Assembly (NCBI GenBank): GCA_051294905.1
Contig: CM119384.1
Coordinates: 7,626,001 to 7,690,000 of the forward strand
Length of the DNA: 64,000 nucleotides
Direction: 5' to 3'
Source of the DNA: Botryllus schlosseri
Lineage: Eukaryota
Shown: one piece after another, positions 28,801-43,800 of the stretch
Numbering within the stretch: position 1 is the first letter of the stretch
How the letters are laid out: every line of letters starts with the position of its first letter
Notes under the pieces: generated by a model
Database searches by the model: none
What the model saw: the letters and a program-made list of their open reading frames with translations, nothing else
What the model was told of the DNA's origin: nothing
Translations under genes and position numbers: made by a program

Positions 28801-31800
28801 CAAAGCTGGATATTTCGAGCAAACTTTTGTAACAAAGTAGGTAACATTTTTGAGATTGTCAAAGTGCTTACTCGTTTAGTGTTGATTTTTTTACGCTGCC
28901 AGTGCCAGCGCTATTCATGGAGTGGCACGCAGTTGAAATGCAATGAAGTTCAGCCAAATATGATATGATGACGTTAACATTGTAATATATGAAAAAGGGT
29001 CACAGTGAAGAACCTACAAAGGTTCGTTTGTGAACGTGAACCTCACGTTCACACCATCCCTACTGGTTACACTTACAAGGCGTCCAAAGCGATCAAGAGT
29101 GTAGTACGGTTTAAAATTCTCTCAGATAAGTTCTCTCATAAAATATTAGCAGTTGAGCACAAATACTAGTTCGCAATCCATACGTGGTTGCAAAATATAA
29201 CCGTGCTAATGTGTATTTCAAATTTGGAAGATGCTTATCTGTATGGAGAAGAGCGGCAAAGATGTCGGGTAAGGTCAGTAACTCAGCATACTACGACTTA
29301 ACTACACTTCAATACATCAATCACTGACAAATATACACAGTGAAGTAGAATATTGCATTCCATCGATTTCCACTATATGTATTACAGAGTGCAGATCATG
29401 TAAACGGCATTTTCTGGTACAAAAGTTTACTTTCAGACCCATGCTAGTTAGTGAAAATGGGCCTAATACACGAAATTATGTGAGGATATTCCGCTGAGAG
29501 GCTCAGGTTCTGTTCAAGTGTACCGCATTTTAGGGTGGTAGCCTACTGGGTACTTTTCCCCGTTTCACAGTGTAGCTCACGCGACTCCAGACTTGCGTAA
29601 AAAAAAAATGACGAACATTCAAATAGATCTGCATGTAAACTCGTGAACTCTGCATCGAAATACTATCAGTTTCGTTGAGCGCGCTCGGCTATGTTATTAT
29701 CGCAATTTCTCGGTAACCTTATCGGCAAGCAGCACTCGGCGACAATGCGTATAATTATTACCGTGCTGTCGACGATGTAATGAGCCACCAAAAATGAATT
29801 TTACGTCCGATTTTGAGAAGGCCGTCACACAACATCAGGGATATCGTCATGAGGCGAACCAGGAATGTTAATTATGTATCGCGAGATGGTCCGACCAGAA
29901 ACCGTCTTTCTGATAGCGTAGCAAACATGCATTCCTGCTACTTTTTATAGTTCGAGCGCTAATACTTTTTTAGAGCGCGAATTTGGGTTTGAATTGAAAA
30001 TGATTTCCGGATTCGGTCTTTTGATAGCACTGATATTACAAAGTATGAATGGTAGAGTGATTATATAGCTGACGGCATTATAATTAGTCACGAATTCAAC
30101 TGGCCGAGGGAAAGTAGTAACGGGGCCTGCGATAAGTTAAGTTATCATAGGCTCCCTTAGGAAGCACCGAAACTCATAGCTTATACCACTGCTACCCGAA
30201 ATCGGCTATATACTGCTAAAAGCGATGAATTATCCATATAATCAATGCATAGGCTGTGGATTACGGAGAAAGTTCACCTCGCTCCACATCGCAATCTCTC
30301 ACTATGGTTAGTAAAAATTCACACCGCGAAGAAACAAGCCGTGGTTCACGAAGGCAGCGGCTATTTCAGGGTCGGTGTTGTTTTTCACACTCAAGTCGAG
30401 CGCGAAAATGTCTCTTGTTTGACAGTAGCATTCTATTTTTACATCAATAATAATAACCATACAACGAAGTAGGTCAGACTGAGCAATTGGTGATTTACAA
30501 TCCTAACTAACCACTTCAGCTCCAATCGTTTCCAAATATAGATGTCGCGATATTGTGTTTTATGTAAGTTATTTTTTCGCAACAAGGAATTTTATTTTAT
30601 CCAAATTGTGAAATTGTTGATGAAGGGGAAGTAAAAAGCAATGCGAAAGGGCGACCATGCCGGTAGAGCTGGGTATGATCCGGTGCCTGAATGATAGCTG
30701 ATACAATTCTGGATCTAGTATTCCAGTACTATTGATTATGACATCACAACAGTATGGACGACTTGAAGATCTATTGATAGTAGGGATGGTGTAAACCTCT
30801 GAGAGGTTCTCTGTGAACGCGAACGTGAACCTCATGACGTCATATTGCTAATTCCAACCCTACATTTCAGTGAAGTGATCGCCTAAAATAATGTACACGT
30901 TACCGAGCGACGACTCGGGACACATAATGCCACAATGCTGAAGTACATATCGACGTTTTAAACGTCACCAGATGTATCAACTGGGGCAATCAAATGATAT
31001 AATAACACCATGAAATCAATATCTTCAGTCGCTTTATTTGCCAAAAATTTCGACGACGACTAGCCAAGAAATATTAGCTTACTGATACAATAAACATTTG
31101 AAATCAAGATTGACCCCGTACGCCTGCTATATTTTTTCATCGGACAACGCTATCAATTTCATTGATTGCCTGAATAAGCATCATTCGCTGACTACCTACA
31201 TCGCTACATGCAGTGTATTTCGTTCTTGATGTTGTGTGATTGCGGGTCAATCTCACAGCAGAGAGTCACTAAATATTCACAAACGGAAAGCTGGATATTT
31301 CGAGCAATTAATTTTTGCAACAAAGCAAGTAGAATTTTTGAGATTGCCAAAGTTCATTCTCGTTTTGTGTTAATTTTTTTATGCTACCAGCACCGTGCAT
31401 AGATTGGCCCGCATTTGAAATGCAATAAATTTCAACCAGAGATGTTATAATGGAGTGAAAATTGTAATATATGAAAAATGTTCACAGTGCAGAACCCACC
31501 AAGATTCGTTTGTGAGAGTGAACCTCTAAATTTTGGAGGTTCACACACAGAACGCGAACGTGAACCTCAGAAGTTTAGAGATTCACGTTCACAAACGAAC
31601 CATTTGGTAGGTTCTGCACTGTGAACCCTTTTCATTGATTGCAACAGCTTTGGTTGAAAATATTTGCATTTCAACTGCGGACCACTCTATGCACGGCGCT
31701 GGGCAGCATAAAAAAATTAACATTAAACGAGCATGCACCTTGCCGATCTCAAAAATTTTGCTTGCTTTGTTAAAAAAGTTTGCTCAAAATATCCAGCTGT

Positions 31801-34800
31801 CCGTTTAAAAATATGTAGTGACTCTCTGCTGTGAGCTTGACCCGCAATCACACAACATCAAGAATGAAATACACTGCATGTAGCGATGTAGGTAGTCAGC
31901 AAATGATGCCTTTTCAACCAATGAATGAAATTTATATAAAGCAGGGGCGGGCAACCTACGGCCCGCGAAGGGATTTTGTTCGGCCCGCGGACAGTTTTCC
32001 GTCTTACATGATAATGTGGCCCGCGGCCCCAGTCTTTAGAGATTCCCCACTACTTGCTTACATGCATCAAATTTTAGTGACTGTATGTTATTATACACAT
32101 GTATGCGCAGCGAGCGAGGGTGGAGCTTACGCGTAGTCCGTCGAAGCGAGAAGACATGCATTATCGGCATTTGTGTACTCAACCCTAACGTCATTTGTGG
32201 TAATCATGGTTTTTGTCGACTACAATGGTCATTTACACCACGCCGATATTTCTTATTTTTGATTCCGTAACCGTCAACTTGTAGCGCGGCACATTTCTGG
32301 CCTTTTGTAAGACACCGCTTATGCCAGGGGTCCCCGTTAAGGACTGCTCATGCACACTGCACAGTGATTGATCAGAGAGAAGCAGACATGGTGGTGCCTG
32401 TATCATAATGCTGTTCTGAAACCCGCATTGTCTTCGTCATTATTGGCAAGAAATGGCTTTGAAGTTACATTGCTGTCGTTAAAATACATCCATTCCTTGT
32501 ATATGTGGATAAATGGACGAATAATGTATTAATTCAGCAATCCGGCCCGCCAAGTACTTAATTTTTCTGTATCCGGCCCGCCGACTGGAGAAGTTGCCCG
32601 CCCCTGCTATAAAGAATACATCGTTGTCTAATATAAAATCTATTAGCAGCCGTACTGGATCCATCTTGGTTTGATACGTTTATTGTATCATAAAAACCAA
32701 ATCCGTGCGATTGGGGTGTTGGCTGCTGTATAACTCGTTTATGGGGTAATATCGGTAGCAAGCATAGAACCCCGTTTTACACTCTGCTCAGTATAAATGT
32801 AGCATAAGTCAGGCGCCGAAGCCGAATACACTGTCCGGTCTGGGCGAAACCGTTAAGGCGTAAGCTTATATTCCCTTACAAGTTCTCGTCGGAATTGTTG
32901 GCAACGCGACGGAAGATATTGATTTTATGAGATTATTGTACCATTTGATTTCTCCAGTTGATACATTTGGTGACGTTTAAATAGTCAGTATGTACTTCAG
33001 CAGTATCGTCATTAGATATCGTACATCACTTCTCTGAAATGCAGGGTTAGAATTAGCAATATGACGTCACGTGACGTCATAGGTTCACGTTCGCGTTCAC
33101 ACTTCACACAGAACCTTTCAAAAACGCTCGCGTTGACACGAACCTGAAACTTTCAGGGGTTCGCACCATCTGCAGAACCTCAGACAGAGAAGATAAGGCC
33201 AGTTACACCACATCACCAGATAATTTGTTATTTCTTAACCATTGCTATTTCGAAGAACTTTTTGGAGAAGCTGTGGGTCACTCAGCACTTCACAAAAATG
33301 CGGTTTCAACCAATATGCGTAGCCTTGCGCTATATACAATGTATTCATGCATTGGATGCTGTGATAAGACCAATCATGGTTTGAAAGCGCCCGCGAAGGT
33401 TGCGACCCAATATTCTTGTAGTGGAAAGGGACGAAAAATAATACTCGATTCGGGTTCAAGGACGCGTATAATTGTGACTCAGTCGTACATACCACCAGCA
33501 TGACATTGATTTCTCGTACCACCCAGCAAGTATCGTAGCACTGGTATGAAGAGTCCTGTAGTGTAGACGATGATCGCGGAACTGACATCGCTGTACCGTA
33601 ACATGAACTTAAGATTGGCCAGATGGCCACAGATTTGCTGTAAAATCTACACCCGTCGCTACCAGAATACAGAATTATACATACACATACACGGCTTTGC
33701 AAAATCTCGGCCGGATTCCCCTTTCGCCGTCTTATTCTGTAATTAGCAGCGACAATGCCTCGGTAATGACACAGGAAGTGGCAAACAATTGCCGCCGAAG
33801 GATCGAAAAATTCCTGGCAGATTTCAATTAGAGATTACAAAGCCTGTTTACGAGAGCCATCGCTGGTTTCGAATATCTGGTAGGATTTTCCGGGAAGCCA
33901 AACCCAACGCTGCGTCCGAACAGACGCCGCATTCTCGACTTGGACATAGATAGTAACATGTTACATTGTTACAATCCTGGGACCGCATCACGCGTATACC
34001 ATTTATAGTGCAAGACGCGGTGATGTATAGTGTCACGCACACTGACGCAAAAAACACTGCTGTATCAAATGCAAGAACAAGAGTAGCCAAATTTTCGACT
34101 GATATATTGTATCGTCATGTTTATTCATTGCGTCACAACGATTTTAGTACGTCAAGTAATTGTTATAAAAATTCATCCCACCCGAATTCATCACGGCCAT
34201 AGCAAAACTTCTCCTGGCGCATCGATAAAGGCGATTCTGACCTTGCAACGCCATCTGTTTTGAATGCGTCACAATCAATCCGTATAACAAATTTCGCCCT
34301 CTACAAAAAATTTCAAACATCTTCCCTAAATTTTCATCCTGGCCTGACCTATGAAAGTATGCAAAACTGCACGTAAGATAATGAGACGTTAACACCGTCG
34401 CGTTCGTAGTATCGCAAATCCGATATTTTACGATGTGCACCGTGCTGAGACGGAGAGACCACCAACGAATTTTATCCTGTCTGCGTGAGTCGGTTAACTA
34501 GCATGGTGTGTAATTCCAAAAATCTCACGGATTAAGTAAATTCGATGTATGCGAATTGCGCGCTTTGCGCACGCGTAATACGATGGACAAATACACCAGG
34601 TTTCCAAGCATGTTTGCATCGAAAACAGCTATGAGCGCTCGCTAAATAGCGCGAATTGCTAGATCTGTCAAGGTCGATATGCCTGTACAGTAGGGCTGTT
34701 CAAAAATAACTTTTTTTTCCTGATTCCAGCCATTCACTGATTAAATTGTCAGGTTGCCACAACAAAGGCTGCACACCAAATTTGGTTCAATTCGAACATG

Positions 34801-37800
34801 TCTAAGCGTCCGCAGAGCCAATTAAAATTTTTAATTTACTACGTAAAATTAAAAAAAAAAAATTTCAAATTTTTCTCTCAACCCCATGAAAATGTTGAGA
34901 TGTCTTCAAAGACCATGCAAATGAAATTTGAGTCAATTCCAACCAGTAGAAACGGAGTTATTTGAGTTTTTCGTTGATAATTCTCGGATTATCCACCAAT
35001 CAAGGATAATTGGAGAATTATCAACGAAAAACTCCAATAACTCCACTTCTACTAGTCCGAATTGAGTCAAATTTTATTTGCATCGTCTCTGAAGACAGCT
35101 CAACAATTTCATGGGGTTGACAGAAAAATTTGAAAAATTTTTTTTTTCAATTTTCCTGTATAAATTAAAAATTTTAATTGGATCCGCGGAGCCCTATACT
35201 TGTTAGAATTGAACCAAATTTGGTGTGCAGCGTTTTTTAAGGTAACCTGACGATTTAATCACTGAATGGCTGGAATCCGGAAAAAAAAGTTATTTTTGAA
35301 CAGCCCTACTGTACAGTAGGGCTCTTCAAAAATGACTTTTTTCTCAAATCGTACTGGCTAATAGATAAAATTGTTAGGTTACCTAATTTAAGCCTACACA
35401 CCAAATTTGGTTCAATTCCAACCAGTAGCCGCATTGCTACAGGAGAAGAAAGTTTCTATTTATTTTATAAAAATAAATAACAAAAAATTTGAAAATTTTC
35501 TGTTCACCCCATGAAAGTGTTACGTTATCTATAGAAACGACGTTTACCAAATTTGGTTCAATTTCAACCAGTGGCAGCGGAGTTATTGCCGTCGAAAAAT
35601 TTGGATTATGACTTGAGTAGTATTTACGGTGACCAATTCTTTAATTATTTATTATAGTGGTGCCCACCGTAAATACTATTTTATTCAAATCCAAATTTTT
35701 CGATGGCAATAACTCCGCTTCCACTGTTTGTACAGTACACACACACAAAGGCGTACAAGATTTCAACATACCGGTTAACATCACCCATTGTTTAACGCGG
35801 ATATAATCCGTTATCACCAGATAACATCATTATCCCAAATAAGTCGAATCGTATGAGAGAGCTGTCCGGTGTGCACTGTACACAGTGTATAGCAATGGTT
35901 CCCAACGCATGGGTCGCGACCCACACTTGGATCACCTAACTATTTTGGGGGCGCTTGTTTCAAGGTATGTTGTATCAGAAACCTAAAAAATGACAACAAA
36001 TATAATTTAGAACGTGAAGATATCACAAAACCTGATAATATATACTTCCATTTTCAAGTAGCGTCACTGGGTGCTACAACTCATTTCAGTCAAAATCGCG
36101 TCATGATTTGGCCAGTAAAATTATTACGACAAATTGTTTGGGTCACAAGATTTCACCAATCTGAACTCATTTTTTTAATGGATCACCTTCAACGCGTGTT
36201 GGCAACCACTAAATTGAGCTGAGAATTCGTATACTTTGATAGACGGATCGCTCGTAACATAAACTTATTAATTGCCTATCATATCCAACATGGTTCATTC
36301 GAATCAACGTTCGATTCGTTTGCGTTTGATTCGTGTCTCCCCATTCGATCTAATGGTCACACCGATTCAAACAGGGCATTTTTCAAGAACTACCAAGGCA
36401 CGTGGTTGCATATATCAGTGCGTCGCAGAGAGTGAATCCATTTTTAAATATTTTTCTTGACTAACAATAAGCGGGGTGGATATAGAAAACATTTGTACCG
36501 AATGCGACACAAGACCTATACTGCATTCGGACAAGCGACCGGGATAAGGTAAGCGGCGCAATCTATAAATAGTTAGTAGGAGCGAAACCTTTTTGATATC
36601 GTAATCACAACAAGAGACAAGCTTCCCGCAGCATAGAAGAGCCAAAAATGCGGCGCGAGAAGCAAAACAAAAAATAATCAGACACACAAATCCGTAAGAA
36701 AATCCTCTCACCCGCGCGATTCTCAAGTTTTTAAGATCAACACGTACGCGTCTAATGCGTCGCGCGAGCAAAGCGCCCAATAAGCTTACGAGGACGCTAC
36801 TTTATTTACAGCCCAGACCTGTTGTGTTGATACGATCGGCTCTAAAAAGCGGCTTATATTCCGAGAAATAATTTCCTTAAATTAATCCGCGCAGCCGAAC
36901 TGTCACAGTACGAAACTCTTAGCGGTATCAATTAATTATTATTATTATCAACTCGCGGGGATAATTCAAAACTGCAGTGTACCGAAACTTCCGACTGTAT
37001 CGTTATTCAAATAAGCTGTATGCCATTAAAATACGAATGCTTATGTGGTACGCTACCATTGGTCAGTGGTCACACATCCAACTACACGCAGCAAGGGTTA
37101 CGGCAATCAAACAAATTAGTAGATCACAACCGACACGAATCGAACTACTAAATCCACGCTCGAATTGAATCGTATTTTTCAATGAATTGCCACATTACGC
37201 TCTAAAATAGCGTAATCTTTAATGAGCACAATTGCTGTGTTTCTGCGTGCCGCGTGCTGCGCGTCACATTTAGGGGATTCTTGACCATCGCGCAAGTCTG
37301 TCAGCACTGTGATTGGTCAATCTAAACTGCTCTGATCCAGGGATATCCCTGCTCTGATCTAACGGAAAAAGCAAAGTGATGATTTTGTATATTCGAATAA
37401 AAAAAGCTGATTCGAATCACTGATTAGTGATACCGGTAATCATTCGCATCGATTTCACATCTGTAACTAATACTGCCGACTCTAACCACGACATCAATGA
37501 TCACTGAGCTATATATCTATGTATTCCAGAAGTAAAATCCAAGTTGCCATCGACATAATGGAAAAATAAGGAGAGGCATACAAACCTGATGACAAAAATG
37601 GTCAACAGACTTCTGCCCAGTTCTAATGTCACCTGATCATGCCCTTTCTGGTGAGCTGATGACTAAAAAAGGTGATCACTGCCAAAATACGGACAAGTAT
37701 GAGATATATTAAGGACAATGTAGTTTGTTAGACATCGCCCTTCAAAATAATGACAAATCTCAGAAATAAGGACTGTATGACAACTCATAGTATAATGTAT

Positions 37801-40800
37801 CTACAGAACGGTAGCCGAATTTCGGCAACGTATAAATCAATATTCAAATTTCTGAAAAGGATTTCACGTTCCAATTTTCAGTTAGCATTCCGTAATGAAG
37901 AACAGAAGGTTGAACGGTGCATACAAATAAAACCGCGATACGGGCTTCGAACCCGGAGACAAAATGCGCCGCCGCCATATAATCCGGATCAAAAGTACGG
38001 GAATGCGCATATTGAACGTAAATGTTTACACCGGATTGAACCGTAATTCCGGTAAAAATGCCGTAAAGAGCTGTCGCGCGTTTTCTTACCGTCACTCCCA
38101 ATCGTTCCCAGTCGATGGTGTCCAGGTAACAAAGCTTGCTGTTTTTCTGAATGCGCACCCCGCCTCTCTCGATGTGACGCAAATTTTCGAGGCCGATCTG
38201 AAACAGATATTGAGCGACTAACGATACCATTCCAACTTCCAGAGAGATGAGGAATAAATTGTTATCTGGCCATCCCATAAATTAAATTTGTATTAATTAG
38301 ATTACCAGATTGACACGATGATTCCACCCTACTTTTGCGGGCTGATGCCGATATCAAACGATGCTCTGTTTGGAAATAATCATTGAGAAACCTATACTAT
38401 AAAACCGGGGCCCACGATAGTTAGTAGTATCGTAGGCCCCGATAAAACCAATGCAGCCTCACGGCTTGGTAAGAGATTGAGACGATGACATTACGCTGTT
38501 GAATACACGCGCAGACAAGATGTCTGAGTTGTAGTGGTATAAATGATGGAATATAGGAATTAAACAGACAGTATAATATCATAATACATTTGATACTGCC
38601 GGGGTCACCTTTAAGTGTGCCGGCCGAGGATGCCGGTATCGATGAAACAGCAGAATGGGAGTTGCATATTTGTGGTTTATGGGAGCTAGAAATATCGTCA
38701 AAGATAACGATCACAGTTGCGCTCTCCATCGCATTCAAGGTCGTGATAAACGCGCGCACCAGCGGAAATACCGAAATAGAATATCCCGATTCGACCACAG
38801 CTGATTATGCATAGAACAACCAGGTTATCCTGTCAGCTTTATGTCAGGAGTAACGAATGGAACAAAGTCGTCATTATGTCGAACTGAACATCTGTTACGT
38901 ATGAATGCATGAATTGTACGCACGCTGATTTCTTCAATGCGAATTACACTAGAGTCAAATGGTCATCACAATGATTTTATTCTAAGCGCCTCAGAGAGAA
39001 AAAGCATCAAAATGACTAGGCAAACTACCAGGTATCAATTTACGAAAGGCCTTGCAATCAGGAATCACTATTATCAATGTTACCGCTCTACTAACCGCCA
39101 TATATTTTCCGGGAATTGCATTTGCCAGATAATCGCCACAGGGATTAAACTCAACGCATGTATGGAACCAGACCGCATTAAGTGGTTATTATAGGGTTAC
39201 CATATTTTTGGAGTCATGAAAGGATGACACTTTTATCAAATCAGAAAAGTTAGTTGATCAAATGTGAAATCCGTCGACTTCGCTGATTTTGCTGAAAAAT
39301 TTGGTGGGTTAACTAAAAAAAAGTCACACTTTCGTTCGACTCTCGATTTACAAACTATACTTAAAATTAGTGGTGTTGACTAAAAAAAAGGAGTCGCTTA
39401 CTATCGAACCACGAATTTCCTATTTAGCGTCATTTATACCCATTTTCACTCGAACCTATCCATTATCTTAGCTGTAAAAGCAGTATAGGACGAATTCCCG
39501 AAAAGGAGAATATTTTGGCGTCCTCGGAGGAGGACATTTTCAAAACCCTGAAAAAGGAGGACAAATCCTTTTAAGGAGGACGTATGGTAACCCTAGGTTA
39601 TGAACGGTTGCAAATACCAAGACCGCGAAACACGAACTGCACCCTGTATGCTATGGAAATAGCCAGTGCCGCACGCAGACCAATGAAAACGATACTCTGG
39701 TATTCCCAGAGATTTATCGGCACTGCCTCGTACAGTGGTTCTCAGCCGGGGGTCAGAGAAACCTCTAAATTTGCAAAATGGTTGATGCCCTAATTTGTAT
39801 TTCTTCAAATTGAGGAAATCACGAGGCATTTTCGCTTTATAACTGTTGAAACTTCAGGACTCACATCAACAGAATGGCCGTTTGAGATGCAATATCCTAC
39901 TGTGAAACTCACTCTATTTGCCAATGACAGTAGCCTACTGATACAAACATATTGCTGTTTAGAGATGTTTTGCTGGGGTTTGCGGAAAAATAAAAAAAAG
40001 TTGGAGTATGCATAGGTCAAACGGGGTGACACCGAAAAAATCCATTTTCTCTTGTGATATACATAACCACAATTCCATAATAACTCCAAGATGAGCTGCT
40101 AGGCTAAAATGACTAAGCTTGACGTTATATGTTCACTAAAAATTTGTTTCTCAATTTCGGTGCCATATATGTTGCGATCATATCCAAAGGTGTCGTGGGA
40201 AGCGTTTCGCGTTATTATTACATTCGCCATCACCTATCTATGTGGAAATGGATGTTCGGCACTCGTTCATATATATCAAATCGAAGGTTCAAAGATGGTC
40301 CGTGAAGACAAAAAGGTTGAGAAACACTGGCCTAGTGCGAACTGCGAATGCATCCACCTCGTGAGAGAAATGAATGCGTAATGGTGCAAATAATCGAATC
40401 ACTTGAGCATTACCGGGGCCTACGATACTTGAGTATCGTAGTCCCCGGCAGTACCAAAAGGCAAAAGCTACTTGGGTGCTCCGTAGAAGTAGAAGTACTT
40501 GGTTACTGACCAACCTCAGGTAGGTCGCACTCCGTAGCTGAGGAAGTGAGGATAGATAGAGCTTATAGCTAATACGTAATATCCTCAAAGGAGCTTGAAT
40601 TCGCCTGGAGGCGTATTGCTAACAAGATAATGTCGGACTTAGCAGAAGTGTGTCTTTGTATGTTGGTGCGCAGTTCATTGATCCAACAGGTAAACCGCAA
40701 GTGGAATTACCATATCGCATGTCTTGTACGGGCCGAAGTAGAGACAGAGAGGTCGAAAGTCGTACAATGTCAAACACTTACGGCTTACATGGCTGTTACT

Positions 40801-43800
40801 TTCGAACAGAACCGGATGTCTCTTATCATTAAAAGTACAATTGCGCGGTAACGCTGTAATCCCGCGCACTTATCAATATTTAAATTCGCCACATGGGGTC
40901 TCATTCCGATCACCCGAACCACGCATAATGCGCCAGAATGACGTCATAACAGGCAAAACGAATATACTGAGGCCCCGAACCATCCCTATTTTATTGGGCT
41001 TTGCGAAAATGCTGTGGGCCGATCACGACTACACAGACATCACAGGTGTCATTTTCAATGACGTGCGCGTAACTCTGTACTACTTGTTCCGTATGCTGTG
41101 ATACAACTGATCGCGGCTTAAAGGCGGGAAAAAGGTATCAAAACTGTAATTCTCGTTGATAAATATATTATCAGTGGAAAGAGCCGTATTAGTACTTGAA
41201 AATGTCATGTCTCATTACAATTATTACTCGATCCGGATTTAGTAATCGATGCACTGTAACCGACACTACTTAAAATTACAGTTCCATACTGAGCCATGAT
41301 ACTATGGATATAAGATTGCAGTATGCTCTGAAAGTCTGCCTGCAAGAACGCGTGCAGATTATATTAAACATGCAGCAAACGTAATTTTGGAGATCGGCGT
41401 ATTAGCGGGAGGTAATTACGCGGGCGTCGCTAATTGCCTTTCAGCACATTATGTGACTGTTTGTACTTCGCACTTGAAAACAAAATATACGCTTGCTTCA
41501 GGGTGCAAATGAAAATAATGCAGTGACAATGACGTCTCCATGCAGTCGATTCGCGATGCAAATATGCGCGAATGAGTACGGGCTACTGAAGCAACTTTGT
41601 GGTATACACGGGAATCGCAATAATTCGCTCAGTGGACTTCTAGAATACCTTCGGACTGTGTTCATGTTCATTGTTCATTTGTGTTCACTGTTCATATGTA
41701 GTCACTGCGTCACAATGGATATGTGATATCATGGCATTGTTGTGCGTAAAAAATCTGGCCCTTCCAAATTTTCATTCTGGCTACACCTACGGTAAGAAGC
41801 AGCCTACAAGTGGCCGTGCGACAAGTCGGCAGCTACGGAATGAAAATAGAGAAAATCGGCCTGGCGTAAATGAGTATTGCAGTTGAAAAACACCACGCAT
41901 ACCACAAACAACGGTAAGAGCAAGAGGGAGCGTGTCCATGTCCAGGGTTGCAATATACAATACACCACAACTTACACTGTAGCACACTCATCAATATAAT
42001 CAATACCTTAGCAGGCTTGTAATTCTAAATAAGAGTACCATATAACTCAATAAATAAATAATGGTAACCGACGACTTCAAACGGCAATCGACTATAAGGA
42101 CAGTCGCAGAGAACTATAATTTACAAGCAGATAATATAAATACCTCTTGAAGCTGGGGGTTTTCGTATATGATCATTCCATAATTATAAAACACTTGTCG
42201 ACCTCGGATGACGGAAAGGTTTGGGAAGAGCTTCCGTAAAGATCGCAAACCGTAAACCCGATAAATGAGCAGATATTCGGTGATAACCCGCAGTTTTGGG
42301 AAAGAGTACCTAAGAAAAAGAATCATCAAGAGCTAAGTGCAATAACTCACGGTTAGCACGCATGGTTATTGGTTAGTATACACGGATAATGGCGCTCTCA
42401 AAATACATTAGGTAAAGCCGTAAAGGCAATGAACAGTGAACAATTTCAACATACATCACATGTACTGCACAGTGCACAGTGTGAAGTGTACACAGTTACA
42501 ATATGACCGTAGGGGCGTATCTAAGGTGCGGGAGGCGAAAAGCATCAATGCCTTCTCTCCAAAATTTTGACTTGGAAACCGTGACGTCAATCGTTTTTAC
42601 TACGTCATAGTCAACATTCTTGACGGCATGCGTGGCCTACGGAATACGCCAGCCTCGTGTCATGTCATTATAGAAAAATACTAGCGCCCCATTTTGCTCC
42701 AGTTTACTCCAGTTTATGTACTGTATGCGAGGGTATTATCTCTGTGACAGTTTTCTTAACCTTTTTTTCGCGTGGACGCCTAAATTATTTTGGATGGTTC
42801 TGCAGTCCCCATTGTAACCTAACCCGAGAAAAATTTTTGAACTTAAATGCGGACTATTTGGGCAGCGAGTAACTCGAAAGGTCATCAATTTCGTCCAGTC
42901 TCAATCCTAATCACGGCCTCATTGCCATATAGTCTAAAACGCTACCAAATCACTAAAAAGGTCATCACTTTCGCCCAACCCTTGTCTTGGCCGGATTACG
43001 AGTTGGAGTGCATAGTGTAGTTTTTGTGATATGTGATGAACACTGAAAATAAAACAAAATCTGAACAATATGAACATAAGTATAACACAGGAGAAATATT
43101 ACAAGGAGAAGGTATAGTTACGTTATAGTTGCACTTCCAACAATGGCCTTACAGGGCGCCCTTAAAACTAGTCCGCGGATACCCAAGGGGTCCATGGACT
43201 CTGATTTAAGAACCCTTCCTCCATGTGACCGAAAAACTTCATATATACTAATGCCTGTTCGTGCAGGATACGCAATTAGTAACTACGCAGAGTGATTCAT
43301 CGCATCAGTCGGTAGCTACTGGCTACCCATATGTTTTTAATATCTTCATTTGACCGCAACAGATGCTCGATAATGTTGCCGCCGTTTCTATATAACATCA
43401 CTGCCACTACGTCGTCAAAGTGTTGTGACGAGACAATCGCCGCTTGTTGTATCATGGACTCGGCTAATCGAGGCTTCATAAATTGTAATCCATTATTATT
43501 TATTCTCCTATTCCCTGCCCGCGTACAGTAGGCCGTGTGTTGAGATTAGTTAACATCCTATACAATGATTAGTAATAAGCCTAACAAGTATTCGACTTAC
43601 TTGCCCATAACTTGACTTCCATAGTAAATTCATCTTCGTTACTCAATTAAAATGAATTCTTCTGTTGCTAGCACTTAAACGGATCCTCGTATTACCCAGT
43701 ATACGTTGTCGAATTTCGAATTTGTTCTATCTTATAAGCGTCATATATGATTTTAGAGTGGTGATATTCAATTCTGAAAATGGACAGTACTTTTCTCGTG

